A stretch of DNA of 64,000 nucleotides from Candidatus Brocadiia bacterium (GCA_041658285.1 JBBAAP010000002.1:119029-183028), one strand, 5' to 3'; counted from the stretch's first letter, positions 1-9,626 are shown. A program made the numbers and translations. Notes: a model not told the origin generated them from the letters alone.

Positions 1-762
1 GCCGTAAGACCTAACACCATCATTGACCGGCTGGTAATAATTCCTTAACTGGAATGCATGAGTTGCGGCAACTTGCTTCTCCTGACTAAAAACATAGACG
101 CCCCTATCCGGGTCTAATTTATGGTTATAAGGACGCCCGCTGTACCTGAAGCCGTGATCTCCGAACATAAAATAGTACATGCCTCCCAGAAATCCGTCAA
201 AAACATCGTTTGTAAAATCATCCAAGAAATCCCCTTCCTCAATCTCGTAAACATCATGATGACTGTGCGAAGAGATTCCAATATCGTGTTTATCATCGTT
301 TGGATGTGTTTCCACGGAATTGCCCTTTTCACGCCGTGGCGGGCGACTCTGGCCGCGGTCGCCCTTATCCCGATCATGACTATGCTCGTCGTTATCCCTA
401 TCATTCCATAAATTCCTGCCATCTCCTTTATCATTTTCCCTGCCGTTATCACGACCCGGCTTATCACTCTTCTGCTCCGAACGCTTTCCAAAGTAAGGCT
501 CGGAAAAATCTCTCAGCTTTCCTTTATTCTCCGACGGCGGCTTAGACTTAATATCTGATTTAGCAGACCTTTCCTTGGATGGTTTGACGTCAATTTTACC
601 TAAATCAGTCTTGTCTTCCTTACCCTTATCTTTTTTCTTTTCTTTATCCTTATAACAATCTTGCGAATAACTGCTATGGTCAGAAACAAACATAGCGTAA
701 TTATTATGCACTGGCAAAACCATAGCAAGCATCAGCGCCGCCAGCAAAACACATATTTTCAT
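1..762 (-). CDS. Hypothetical secreted protein with a K/D/R/H-rich low-complexity N-terminal region; runs off the left edge
   Basis: Manual translation from ATG at 762 (MKICVLLAALMLAMVLPVH..., signal-peptide-like) is open to position 1. Absent from the ORF track because it has no stop inside the window. Confidence 0.7.
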   Translation of the reverse strand, partial: MKICVLLAALMLAMVLPVHNNYAMFVSDHSSYSQDCYKDKEKKKDKGKEDKTDLGKIDVKPSKERSAKSDIKSKPPSENKGKLRDFSEPYFGKRSEQKSDKPGRDNGRENDKGDGRNLWNDRDNDEHSHDRDKGDRGQSRPPRREKGNSVETHPNDDKHDIGISSHSHHDVYEIEEGDFLDDFTNDVFDGFLGGMYYFMFGDHGFRYSGRPYNHKLDPDRGVYVFSQEKQVAATHAFQLRNYYQPVNDGVRSYG

Positions 763-845
763 GACATTTTCTCTTCCGCTATTCATTAATATATCTAGAT
801 ATTATAATATCCCATCACACTGTCAAATAATTAAACTATTAGATA

Positions 846-873
846 TTGACATATCAAAAACCATGCATATAGT
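846..873 (+). promoter_or_regulatory. sigma70-type promoter of rlmN (near-leaderless)
   Basis: TTGACA(846)-16 nt-TATAGT(868), ending 8 nt before ATG 882; no Shine-Dalgarno (SD) sequence. Confidence 0.5.
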
Positions 874-881
874 GGAAACAT

Positions 882-1922
882 ATGTTACTATGCATAAAAG
901 ATCTGTCCGAGCCAGAACTGATAAAATGGCTTAAGAAACATAACGAGCCTCCTTACCGGATAAAACAAATTTATCAGTGGCTTTATGTCAAACCCGTAAA
1001 TGAATTCAGCCAAATGACTAATCTGTCACTGGAATTACGGACAAAACTAGAATCATCATTCTCTCTGTACTCACTCACATTAACCAATCGCCAGATATCC
1101 AAACTGGATAAAACCGAGAAATACCTCCTATCCACCAACGACAACAAGTATATCGAAAGCGTCACTATGCCTTATCGCGATCGATGCACCGTCTGCGTTT
1201 CTACTCAGGTCGGTTGCCGGCACGCCTGTCAATTCTGCGCCAGCGGCGCGAACGGTTTTGTACGTAATCTCAAACCAACCGAAATACTTGATCAAATTGC
1301 TCTGTCCAAAATACTCGGCCACGAAGTAACCCATATCGTTTTTATGGGCATGGGTGAACCCTTGGACAACCTGGAAAACGTCCTTGACGCCATCAAGATA
1401 ATTAATTCACCCAAATATTTCAATATCGGCGCCAGACGCATTACCATATCCACCGCAGGCATCCCCGATGGCATAGCTCGCCTGAGTCAAACCGGACTTC
1501 AGGTCGAACTCTCCGTTTCCCTGCACAGCCCTTTTAACACCGTTCGCAATCGGCTTATGCCAATTAATAAAAAATATCCCATAGAACTTCTGATTAAAAT
1601 CTGCCACGAATATGTGGCAAAAACTAACCGACAGATTACTTTCGAATATATTCTGATATCCGGTATCAACGAATCAGTCCAGGATGCCGAGGCGCTGGCC
1701 GCTTTGCTAAAAGGGCTTAAATGCCAAGTCAATCTTATTGCCTTCAACCCACATTCACTGGTACACTGCCCGGAACCTATGAAACCCCCTTCCGTAGAAA
1801 ATATCATCCGCTTCCAAGAATGCCTCTTTAAGCTAAAAGTACATACCACCATGCGCCAATCGCGCGGACAGGACATAGATGCGGCCTGCGGCCAGCTCAG
1901 CGCTAAGTACAATAACCCCTAA
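882..1922 (+). CDS. rlmN: Dual-specificity 23S rRNA/tRNA m2A methyltransferase RlmN (radical SAM)
   Basis: CVSTQVGCRHACQFC (CxxxCxxC), MGMGEPL, DIDAACGQL. Confidence 0.95.
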   Translation: MLLCIKDLSEPELIKWLKKHNEPPYRIKQIYQWLYVKPVNEFSQMTNLSLELRTKLESSFSLYSLTLTNRQISKLDKTEKYLLSTNDNKYIESVTMPYRDRCTVCVSTQVGCRHACQFCASGANGFVRNLKPTEILDQIALSKILGHEVTHIVFMGMGEPLDNLENVLDAIKIINSPKYFNIGARRITISTAGIPDGIARLSQTGLQVELSVSLHSPFNTVRNRLMPINKKYPIELLIKICHEYVAKTNRQITFEYILISGINESVQDAEALAALLKGLKCQVNLIAFNPHSLVHCPEPMKPPSVENIIRFQECLFKLKVHTTMRQSRGQDIDAACGQLSAKYNNP

Positions 1923-1946
1923 AACCGAACTATACATTCTTTTTTA

Positions 1947-1975
1947 TTGACAAATCAGGCGTAAGCTTCTATCAT
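1947..1975 (+). promoter_or_regulatory. sigma70-type promoter of the response regulator
   Basis: TTGACA(1947)-17 nt-TATCAT(1970), 11 nt before ATG 1987. Confidence 0.5.
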
Positions 1976-1986
1976 CGAATTAAAAT

Positions 1987-3327
1987 ATGAAAATCCTTTT
2001 GGCAGACGACGAAAAAACAATCACTGTAACATTGAGCGACGCCCTGCGCGACAAGGGACATACCGTTGCCGTTGCCTATGACGGTCTTTCCGCGCTACAA
2101 TACGCCGAAACTGATAATTATGACTGCGTCCTACTAGACATCAAAATGCCCGGTACGGACGGCATGGAAGTCCTCCGGCGGCTCAAAAAGAATAATCCTG
2201 ACTTACCAGTTATCATGATTACCGGCTACGGCACGGCTGATTCAGCCATACAGGCTCTTAAGGAAGGAGCCTATGACTATATCCAAAAACCTTTCTATAA
2301 TAATGAAATACTGCTCTTACTGGAAAAAATAGAAAAATTCCGTTCCGTCAAAGACGACTACAGAAAAGTCAGAAGCGACTTGAACATCAAGCCACAGTAT
2401 GTAGGTCTGGTCGGTAAAAGCCCTAAAATGGCCCAGGTCTACCAGATGATCGAAAGTGTCGCGGGATCCGATACGACTGTTTTAATCGAAGGAGAAAGTG
2501 GCACCGGCAAAGAACTCATAGCTGAAGCAATCCATTATAAAAGCACCCGACGTGATAACCCACTAGTCAAATTTGGCTGCCATGCGGTGCCAGAAACTCT
2601 TATTGAATCCGACCTGTTCGGCCACGAAAAAGGATCTTTTACTGATGCCCGAGCCCAGAAAATCGGCCGGTTTGAGCTGGCTGATAAAGGCACCATATTC
2701 ATCGATGATATCGACGATATGCCTCTATCCATCCAGACTAAGTTCCTTCGCGTCCTGCAGGAACATACCTTCGAACGCATTGGCAGTACCAGCACCATCA
2801 AGGTCGATATCCGCATCACCGCCGCATCTAAAAAAGACCTCTTTGAAATGGTCACGAACAATCGTTTCCGCGAAGACCTCTTCTACCGACTTAAAGTGAT
2901 TACCATCAAAATACCTCCTTTAAGAGACAGAACCGAGGATATCCCGCTCTTGGTCGAGCACTTCATCCGCAAATTTTCGCCGCCCGGCAAGGAATATAAA
3001 ATAGAACCAGAAACCCTGCTGGCCCTGACTAATCATAAATGGCCAGGCAATGTCCGCGAGCTGGAAAATTCCGTCTCACGCGCCATCACCTTAGCCGGAC
3101 CGTCTATGATTCTGGAAAGGAAAAACCTGCTAGAAAGCTCTTTCAGTCCTCTTATGGACGGCAAAGATATGGTCAGCCTGAACGAATTCGTCAAACACTG
3201 CGAAAAGGATTACATACAACGGCTTTTTATCATCACCAAAGCCGACAAAGGCGAAATGAGCCGTATTCTCCAAATCAGCCGAAAAACTCTATGGGAAAAA
3301 CTTAAAAAATATGGCATTGACACATAA
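1987..3327 (+). CDS. NtrC/AtoC-family sigma54-interacting response regulator (REC-AAA+-HTH)
   Basis: REC domain (LLDIKMPG), Walker A GESGTGKE, FGHEKGSFTDA, FREDLFYRL, WPGNVREL, C-terminal Fis-type HTH. Confidence 0.93.
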   Translation: MKILLADDEKTITVTLSDALRDKGHTVAVAYDGLSALQYAETDNYDCVLLDIKMPGTDGMEVLRRLKKNNPDLPVIMITGYGTADSAIQALKEGAYDYIQKPFYNNEILLLLEKIEKFRSVKDDYRKVRSDLNIKPQYVGLVGKSPKMAQVYQMIESVAGSDTTVLIEGESGTGKELIAEAIHYKSTRRDNPLVKFGCHAVPETLIESDLFGHEKGSFTDARAQKIGRFELADKGTIFIDDIDDMPLSIQTKFLRVLQEHTFERIGSTSTIKVDIRITAASKKDLFEMVTNNRFREDLFYRLKVITIKIPPLRDRTEDIPLLVEHFIRKFSPPGKEYKIEPETLLALTNHKWPGNVRELENSVSRAITLAGPSMILERKNLLESSFSPLMDGKDMVSLNEFVKHCEKDYIQRLFIITKADKGEMSRILQISRKTLWEKLKKYGIDT

Positions 3328-3359
3328 AATGTGCTATATTATCAGTGGAGGTATGATAT

Positions 3360-3827
3360 ATGAAAAATAACACCTTGTCAACCGGGTTTACTCTTATTGA
3401 ACTTATGGTGGTCATATCCATCATCGCCCTGCTGGCTGGCATCGGCATACCCACCATTATAAAGAGCCAGTTAAAAGCCAAAGAAGCCTTGGCCAAAACC
3501 GAGATTGCCGGCTTGGCCGGCGCTTTGTCTATGTATGAAACCGACAATGGCCGCTATCCCGAAGACGACGCCACCTTCTCCGGTAAACCGCTGGTCGACG
3601 CTCTTCAGGGTGATGCCATGTCCAGCCCGCCCAAACCGCCTTATTACCAATTCAAAAAAAGCCGGCTGGCCGACGGCGAATACAACAGCCCTCTTAATAA
3701 ACCATATTACTACCGAGAAAATGCCTCTGAGAAAACCAAGACGGCCGAAATGCATAACGCATTCACCTTTGACATCTGGACCGAAAACGGAGCCGAAGAA
3801 AAAGATAAAATTAATAATTGGGATTAA
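3360..3827 (+). CDS. Type II secretion/type IV pilin-like protein (GspG-like major pseudopilin)
   Basis: G|FTLIELMVVISII N-methylation motif; ALSMYETDNGRYP. Confidence 0.85.
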   Translation: MKNNTLSTGFTLIELMVVISIIALLAGIGIPTIIKSQLKAKEALAKTEIAGLAGALSMYETDNGRYPEDDATFSGKPLVDALQGDAMSSPPKPPYYQFKKSRLADGEYNSPLNKPYYYRENASEKTKTAEMHNAFTFDIWTENGAEEKDKINNWD

Positions 3828-3830
3828 TCT

Positions 3831-4367
3831 ATGCGAAAGAACAGAGGGTTTACATTAATTGAACTTCTAGTGGTTATCGCCATCATTGCCTTGTTGGCCA
3901 GCATGGTAGTCAACGGAGTGCAACGCGGCAAGGAACAAGCGCGGATAAAAGCCACCAGAGCGCTTGTCGAGAAAATACTTAACGCCATGGAAGAATATAA
4001 ATCGGCATACTACGCCTATCCGCCATCCGAAGGTGAATACCCGGGAGCCAAGTCTCTATATCATTATCTGGGCACCCAGCTTGATAAGGCCGGCGGCTAT
4101 GACCCAACCACCGGAGAAACCAGTAAAGAAAAATTCGGCCCGGCCGTGCCCGGCGGTTTTGGCAAAACCGAACTTTCCGGCGAGAAGGTCATTGACATCT
4201 GGGGAACCGAACTCTATTACAAAAATCCCGGTACGGACCATTCTGATGCCGGCGGTAAAAACAATAAAGATATCGTGGATATCGAATCATGGGGGCCAAA
4301 CCAAAAAGACGACACGGACGGCGCCGCTGATAATGACGATATCAATAACTGGAAACTGGAAAAATAA
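3831..4367 (+). CDS. Second GspG-like pseudopilin
   Basis: RG|FTLIELLVVIAII; AMEEYKSAYYAYPP; DIWGTELYY..SWGPN, typical of GspG. Confidence 0.85.
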   Translation: MRKNRGFTLIELLVVIAIIALLASMVVNGVQRGKEQARIKATRALVEKILNAMEEYKSAYYAYPPSEGEYPGAKSLYHYLGTQLDKAGGYDPTTGETSKEKFGPAVPGGFGKTELSGEKVIDIWGTELYYKNPGTDHSDAGGKNNKDIVDIESWGPNQKDDTDGAADNDDINNWKLEK

Positions 4368-4915
4368 TGATACCAAGAAAATCATCGGGATTTACGCTTA
4401 TCGAACTGCTGGTGGTAATGGCTATCATTGCCATCGCCGCAACCATAGCATGGATGTCAATACCAACCAGCAACGCCGTAAAACGGGCCGGCAATATCGT
4501 CAGTACGGTATTTATGAAAGCCAGCACACTGGCTATCAGCGAGCGAGCCGTGTATTTTATCTCCTTTGACAAAGAAAAATCATTGATGTCAATATACCGG
4601 AACGCCGAGGAGGACGAAACCGAGGGAGAAGAAAAGCTCGACAAGAAAACAGATATTATCGTGGGCGAGCAAATACAGCTGCCCAAGGGCGTTAAGTTTT
4701 CCAAAACTACGCCTCTATTCCAGCAGACCGAAACATACGTCGGATTCCGCCCCAGCGGCATGATGTTCCTACCCCAAGGCGTGGCTGACAAAGGGCTTAA
4801 CCCGCCCGGCGAAGCTGACATCATCCTTGAACAGGAAAATAAAACCGGTAAGATGTATATTGATTACACCATTCTGACCGGCCGGGTGCGCAGAATAGTT
4901 TTTCAGAATAACTAA
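4367..4915 (+). CDS. Minor pseudopilin, GspH/FimT-like
   Basis: G|FTLIELLVVMAII; FRPSG and TGRVR C-terminal pattern. Confidence 0.75.
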   Translation: MIPRKSSGFTLIELLVVMAIIAIAATIAWMSIPTSNAVKRAGNIVSTVFMKASTLAISERAVYFISFDKEKSLMSIYRNAEEDETEGEEKLDKKTDIIVGEQIQLPKGVKFSKTTPLFQQTETYVGFRPSGMMFLPQGVADKGLNPPGEADIILEQENKTGKMYIDYTILTGRVRRIVFQNN

Positions 4916-4942
4916 GAAATACGAATCGATTAGGAGAACCCA

Positions 4943-5623
4943 ATGGGTAAGAAGAAAAACGGTCTGACGCTGATTGAAATACTGGTGGCCATGATCATAT
5001 TGCTTATCGGAGTGGTCAGCGTTCTGTCTCTTTTCCCCAGCGCCATGCTCAGTACCAAAAGGTCACTCAACGATACCATCTCGGCCCGTATCGCTGAATC
5101 AGTCTGCAACGCCCTGACCATCGCCATGCGCACCTCGACCCCGTGCAATATCAAAGATAAAAAACCTGGTCAAGCCACCGTGGTCCACGACGGACTAACC
5201 GGAGCCGATTCCTCATATACCTTTGCCTTACCGCTTCCGGTTGACCCAGCCCCGGCTAAACCGCGACTGTTTTCACACCCAGCCGCCAATCCTTTGAATG
5301 CGGATAGCGCCTCGCCTGAACCAACCGGCGCTTTCCAACTGGGCTCGTCAGATTTCATTAAAAAGGTCATCGACAATATCAAATCGTCAGGCGACCCAAC
5401 AGAGCTTTATGATCAATTCGCGTTCACCTTCACAGTCAGCCGGGTGGATGACGACCGCTTAGCCACCGAGACCGGCGACAGTTTTAAACCAATGCCGCTT
5501 TACCAATTCGGCGTAAAAATATATCGCGTCCCCAAAACATCGAGCTCTTCAAGTCCCAGCTCGACGGCGAAGCTTCCGGAAAAAGCGGAGAAAGTTTTTG
5601 TATTCAGAATCTCAGGCGGTTAA
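4943..5623 (+). CDS. Minor pilin, GspI/PilV-like
   Basis: G|LTLIEILVAMIIL motif; position in the cluster. Confidence 0.7.
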   Translation: MGKKKNGLTLIEILVAMIILLIGVVSVLSLFPSAMLSTKRSLNDTISARIAESVCNALTIAMRTSTPCNIKDKKPGQATVVHDGLTGADSSYTFALPLPVDPAPAKPRLFSHPAANPLNADSASPEPTGAFQLGSSDFIKKVIDNIKSSGDPTELYDQFAFTFTVSRVDDDRLATETGDSFKPMPLYQFGVKIYRVPKTSSSSSPSSTAKLPEKAEKVFVFRISGG

Positions 5624-5626
5624 ATT

Positions 5627-6433
5627 ATGAAAATAACTAATACCCCGCTGACGACCCTAAGTCAAGCAACCGGCCAATACATATCAAAACTTAACGGCCT
5701 GGTCAGCGTAAAATCACGTCGGTCTGAAAACCGGCCCCGGTCGGGGTTCACCCTGATAGAAATAATGGTCGCCCTGGCCCTGATGGCTATGCTTATGGTT
5801 ATCATCGCTACTATTTTCTCGAGCAGTTCAAAAATAACGACCGACGGATACGATATGTTATATATCTACAGCACGGCTCGGGCCGCAGTTGATTATATGG
5901 TTAAAGATATCAACGGATGCCTGCCGCTGGAAGGCGACCAGCAGAGGTTCGAACTGGGCGAAGACGCCCAGGGTACTGACGAATCCGCAGCCCGCGACTG
6001 GCTCCAGTTCCGAGCTACGGCCCAGACCAAGGACGGCGTCAAAGGCGTCCTGATAAAATATTACCTGGCCGAGGAAACCGACCCGACCATACTGGGCGAA
6101 GCTGGTTCAACCGCCGGCGCCGCCAAGACCGTCAAGTCTAAAAGCACCTTGTATGTACTCAATCGCAAAACATCCGACTTTGACGGTTCCAACGAGGAAA
6201 TCACTGCGATGTGCCATTATATCCTATCGTTTAATATCGAATTCTTCGATACCGCCAGCAAAACTTACAAACAATTAAAGGAATCTAAATTCGATTATCC
6301 CATCGGCGACGCCAAGCCCGAAGACGAAAAATTGCCTCGCGGGCTGAGGTTCATCCTCCAGGTCGTGGCCAGCGCGGCCGAACGCAAGAGCCGGGCCATC
6401 ATACATGAAGTCTATATTCCCATGGGGCAATAA
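5627..6433 (+). CDS. Minor pilin, GspJ/PilW-like (long basic leader)
   Basis: G|FTLIEIMVALALM after a ~40-aa leader; start codon uncertain. Confidence 0.7.
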   Translation: MKITNTPLTTLSQATGQYISKLNGLVSVKSRRSENRPRSGFTLIEIMVALALMAMLMVIIATIFSSSSKITTDGYDMLYIYSTARAAVDYMVKDINGCLPLEGDQQRFELGEDAQGTDESAARDWLQFRATAQTKDGVKGVLIKYYLAEETDPTILGEAGSTAGAAKTVKSKSTLYVLNRKTSDFDGSNEEITAMCHYILSFNIEFFDTASKTYKQLKESKFDYPIGDAKPEDEKLPRGLRFILQVVASAAERKSRAIIHEVYIPMGQ

Positions 6434-6436
6434 CCT

Positions 6437-7168
6437 ATGCAAAGAATCCTGTTTTTCTCTGATACTCATCTAAATCCAACCCAATCTGAACGCATCGGAT
6501 TCCTGGCCGATTTTATGGAAAAACAATCTAAAAATACCGATTTCTACATCCTGGGCGATTTGTTCGATATCTGGATCGGCCCGGGCCACATAAAACTCGG
6601 GGAATATCAGAATATCCTTAAAGAATTAAAAAAACTGTCGTCATCCGGAATTAACATAAACTTCATCCCCGGCAACCGCGATTATATGGTCGGACCGGAA
6701 CTGACCGAGTCAACAGGCATCATCGTCCTATCCGAGATTTACGAGCTCAATGCCAACGGCAAAAAGATATTACTTACCCACGGCGACCTATTATGCACAC
6801 AAGACAGGGATTACCAGCGCTACCGCCGGGTGATGCGCAGCGGCGTGGTCAAAACCATTACCCGCAGCCTACCTCATAGCGTCGGCCAAACCATCGGGCA
6901 GGGGCTTAAAAAAATGAGCGCCCGGAGCAAGGAAACCAAAACGCCTATGTCCAAGAATATTGTCATGGATACCGTTCAGTATTATTTCGACCTGTCGTTT
7001 GACGCCGTCATCTGCGGACATATCCACCAAGCGCAACATATCGAAGTGCCGACCAACGGCAAGACCAAACACCTTTTCGTCACCGGCCAGTTGGCGCCTG
7101 ATACCAAAGGCGGCTTCAGCCTGCCTTATGTGACTATGATTAATGGGCAACTGGAATTGGTTCAATGA
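6437..7168 (+). CDS. lpxH: UDP-2,3-diacylglucosamine hydrolase (LpxH-like metallophosphoesterase)
   Basis: SDTHL, LGDLFD, GNRD, HGD and GHIH motifs. Confidence 0.85.
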   Translation: MQRILFFSDTHLNPTQSERIGFLADFMEKQSKNTDFYILGDLFDIWIGPGHIKLGEYQNILKELKKLSSSGININFIPGNRDYMVGPELTESTGIIVLSEIYELNANGKKILLTHGDLLCTQDRDYQRYRRVMRSGVVKTITRSLPHSVGQTIGQGLKKMSARSKETKTPMSKNIVMDTVQYYFDLSFDAVICGHIHQAQHIEVPTNGKTKHLFVTGQLAPDTKGGFSLPYVTMINGQLELVQ

Positions 7169-7187
7169 CAGAATTGATTACCCGGGT

Positions 7188-9617
7188 TCACCTGTTGATA
7201 TTGGTCATGACTCTCCGGTAAATAGTGTCCCCCATACCCAATTGCCCGTAAAAGTTCTTGCCGCATGACCAGATAGTCCCATCGGACCTAAGCCCGAGCG
7301 TATGGTTGCCACCGCAAACGGCTTTAACCCACAACACGTCGCTACCCACCCGGACCGGCTCGGTCCGGTTAACCGTATCATCCAGCCCGAGTTGCCCGTA
7401 AGTATTATCGCCCCAAGCCCAAAGCGTATTCCAGCCCGGACCATAGTATTCCTTGAGCGCCACAGTGTGATTCTGACCGCAAGAAATAAACTTCCAGTCG
7501 CTGTCAATGCCAACCTGTGTCGGAACCAACCGGTTGACGGTATCGCCCAAACCAAGCTGGCCTTTGTTGTTCAATCCCCAGGCCCAGAGCGTGCCATCTT
7601 TCTTTATAGCCACAGTATGGTCCGAACCACAGGCAATCGCTTCCCAGTCGATATCAGCGCCCACCTGTGTGAGCGTGTTGCGGTCCAGCATATCACCCAG
7701 ACCGAGCTGGCCATAGAAATTATATCCGCAGGCCCAGAGCGTGCCCTCGGTCTTGGTCACCACGCTGTGCGCGTTACCGCAGGCCACGCCGGCGTACCCC
7801 ATAACTATGCCCACCTGGACCGGCGAAATCCGGATGTTGTTATCGCCCGTGCCCAGCTGACCCTTGTCATTGGCGCCCCAGGCCCAGATCGTGTTATCCT
7901 GCTTAACGGCCATACCGTGCGACTGTCCGGCCACCGCATTAACCCAGTCCAACGCGTAATCAAGCTCGGTCAATACGGTGTGACTGTTGGCATCACCCAC
8001 ACCCAACTGGCCCAGCTCGTTCCGTCCGCAAACCCAGAGCGTGGAATAAATCTTCCGGGCCAGACTGTAATAACCGCCGCTGTAAATATCCATATAGTCG
8101 GCCAATCCAAACACCTTGACCGGAATATTCCGATCCGCTGTATCGTTGACGCCGGCGCCCAACTGGCCGTGGAAATTATATCCCCAGGTCCAAACCGTCC
8201 GGTCATCCTTCAGGGCGACGCTGTGCTCCATCCCGCCGGCTATGCTCATCCAATCGTTAAAGGTCAGGCACAAACCTTCGTTGGAATACTCGCTTTCCCA
8301 AAAACCCTTATAGGCCTTGACCCGGTAATAATAAACCGTGTTGGGCGCCACCGAAGTATCGCTAAAATACCTGCTGTCAGGCGGAAGTAAAGCAAGAACT
8401 TCGTAGTCGCCGTCCAGACCGGTCCGGCGTTCAATTTTATATGATTCCTCATCGTTGGCATTATCGCGCCAGGAAACAATCGCCTTATGGGCCGAGACCG
8501 GATAAGCGCCCAGTTCTGACGGCGTATATGGGCTTGTCCGCATGTATTGGCCATCTACGACTGACGAATCATACCACCATAAATCATTGCGGTATCTGGT
8601 ACCGTTATAACCGCCGAACATAACGGCCCGGGTGCCGTTCCAGACCATCTGGTGGCCTTCGCGCGGGTCAGGCGCGCCGACGCTACCCGAGGCGATTCGC
8701 ATAGACCAGGCATTGGTCAACGGGTCATACCACCACAGATCGCTCCGGTGCGCCCCATCGTAGCCACCGAACATAATGGCCCGGAACCCGTTCCAAATCA
8801 TCTGATGTCCGGAACGCTCCGAAGGCATCAACCCGGCTCCGGGCACTCTCTGCGGCTGCCAGACACTATTAGACGGGTCAAACCACCACAGGTCTCCGTA
8901 ATACTGAGCGCCCCAACCGCCGAACATAAGCGCGTATTTGCCATCCCAGGCAAATTGGTAACCGCCCCGGCTGTAAGGCCAGGCCTCCGCGTCCGGCACG
9001 ATTACCTGCGTCCAGCTGTTAGTCTTGGGCGAATACCACCACAAATCATCCAGCGGCGTGGTGCCCGACAGCCCGCCGAACATAACCACCAGCAAACCAT
9101 CGTAAAACATCCGGTGATAACTCCGGGCCGGCGGCGTCCCACCTGAACCGTTAGGTATCTTTTCAGTCCAGGTATTGGATATCGGCTCGAACCACCACAG
9201 GTCGTTCATATCACTGGCGCCGTTGCGCCCGCCGAAAACGATGAACTCCTTACCGTCCCAGACCGCCGCGTGCCCGGCCCGGCCGGCCGGCGGCCCGCCC
9301 GCTGTCACCGCCGATTCCCAGGTATTGCTCAACGGATAATAAAACCATGTGTCGTTGTAATAGGCCGAAGCATCACGCCCGCCGAACATAATGATTTTAT
9401 TGCCGTCCCAGACCATCTGATGATAAGCCCGGGCCGACGGAGTGGTTGTATCGAAATGCTCTATCTTGACGGTCCAGGAATAAACCGGCGCGCTGCTGCC
9501 GCTGTTATGCCTTTTCTTGCCACACATGCCGCCGTAACCGGCCAGCATCGCGACGAAAAGAATAACTACAAGCCCTATTTTTAACCGGACTGATTTATGC
9601 ATAAATCCGGATGCCAT
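7188..9617 (-). CDS. Exported/lipoprotein with Kelch repeats, a fibronectin type III domain and RCC1 repeats
   Basis: Signal/lipobox-like ...YGGMC; about six PxxR.GHQM.W.G...MFGG repeats; FN3 (SWRDNA..E..YKIER..YYYRVKAY); about 7-8 G..H...LK.DGTLWAWG.N..GQLG repeats. Confidence 0.85.
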   Translation of the reverse strand: MASGFMHKSVRLKIGLVVILFVAMLAGYGGMCGKKRHNSGSSAPVYSWTVKIEHFDTTTPSARAYHQMVWDGNKIIMFGGRDASAYYNDTWFYYPLSNTWESAVTAGGPPAGRAGHAAVWDGKEFIVFGGRNGASDMNDLWWFEPISNTWTEKIPNGSGGTPPARSYHRMFYDGLLVVMFGGLSGTTPLDDLWWYSPKTNSWTQVIVPDAEAWPYSRGGYQFAWDGKYALMFGGWGAQYYGDLWWFDPSNSVWQPQRVPGAGLMPSERSGHQMIWNGFRAIMFGGYDGAHRSDLWWYDPLTNAWSMRIASGSVGAPDPREGHQMVWNGTRAVMFGGYNGTRYRNDLWWYDSSVVDGQYMRTSPYTPSELGAYPVSAHKAIVSWRDNANDEESYKIERRTGLDGDYEVLALLPPDSRYFSDTSVAPNTVYYYRVKAYKGFWESEYSNEGLCLTFNDWMSIAGGMEHSVALKDDRTVWTWGYNFHGQLGAGVNDTADRNIPVKVFGLADYMDIYSGGYYSLARKIYSTLWVCGRNELGQLGVGDANSHTVLTELDYALDWVNAVAGQSHGMAVKQDNTIWAWGANDKGQLGTGDNNIRISPVQVGIVMGYAGVACGNAHSVVTKTEGTLWACGYNFYGQLGLGDMLDRNTLTQVGADIDWEAIACGSDHTVAIKKDGTLWAWGLNNKGQLGLGDTVNRLVPTQVGIDSDWKFISCGQNHTVALKEYYGPGWNTLWAWGDNTYGQLGLDDTVNRTEPVRVGSDVLWVKAVCGGNHTLGLRSDGTIWSCGKNFYGQLGMGDTIYRRVMTNINR

Positions 9618-9626
9618 AACTGCCGG

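Noticed and set aside
114-545. ORFs 114..491, 121..411 and 300..545
   Set aside because: Alternative frames over the longer open frame 1..762 (-), which has a proper start and signal peptide.
7302-8390. 362-aa plus-strand ORF and similar long antisense ORFs (15521..16264, 18638..19345, 43403..44278, 58421..59362)
   Set aside because: Antisense shadows of well-supported genes, with no motifs of their own.
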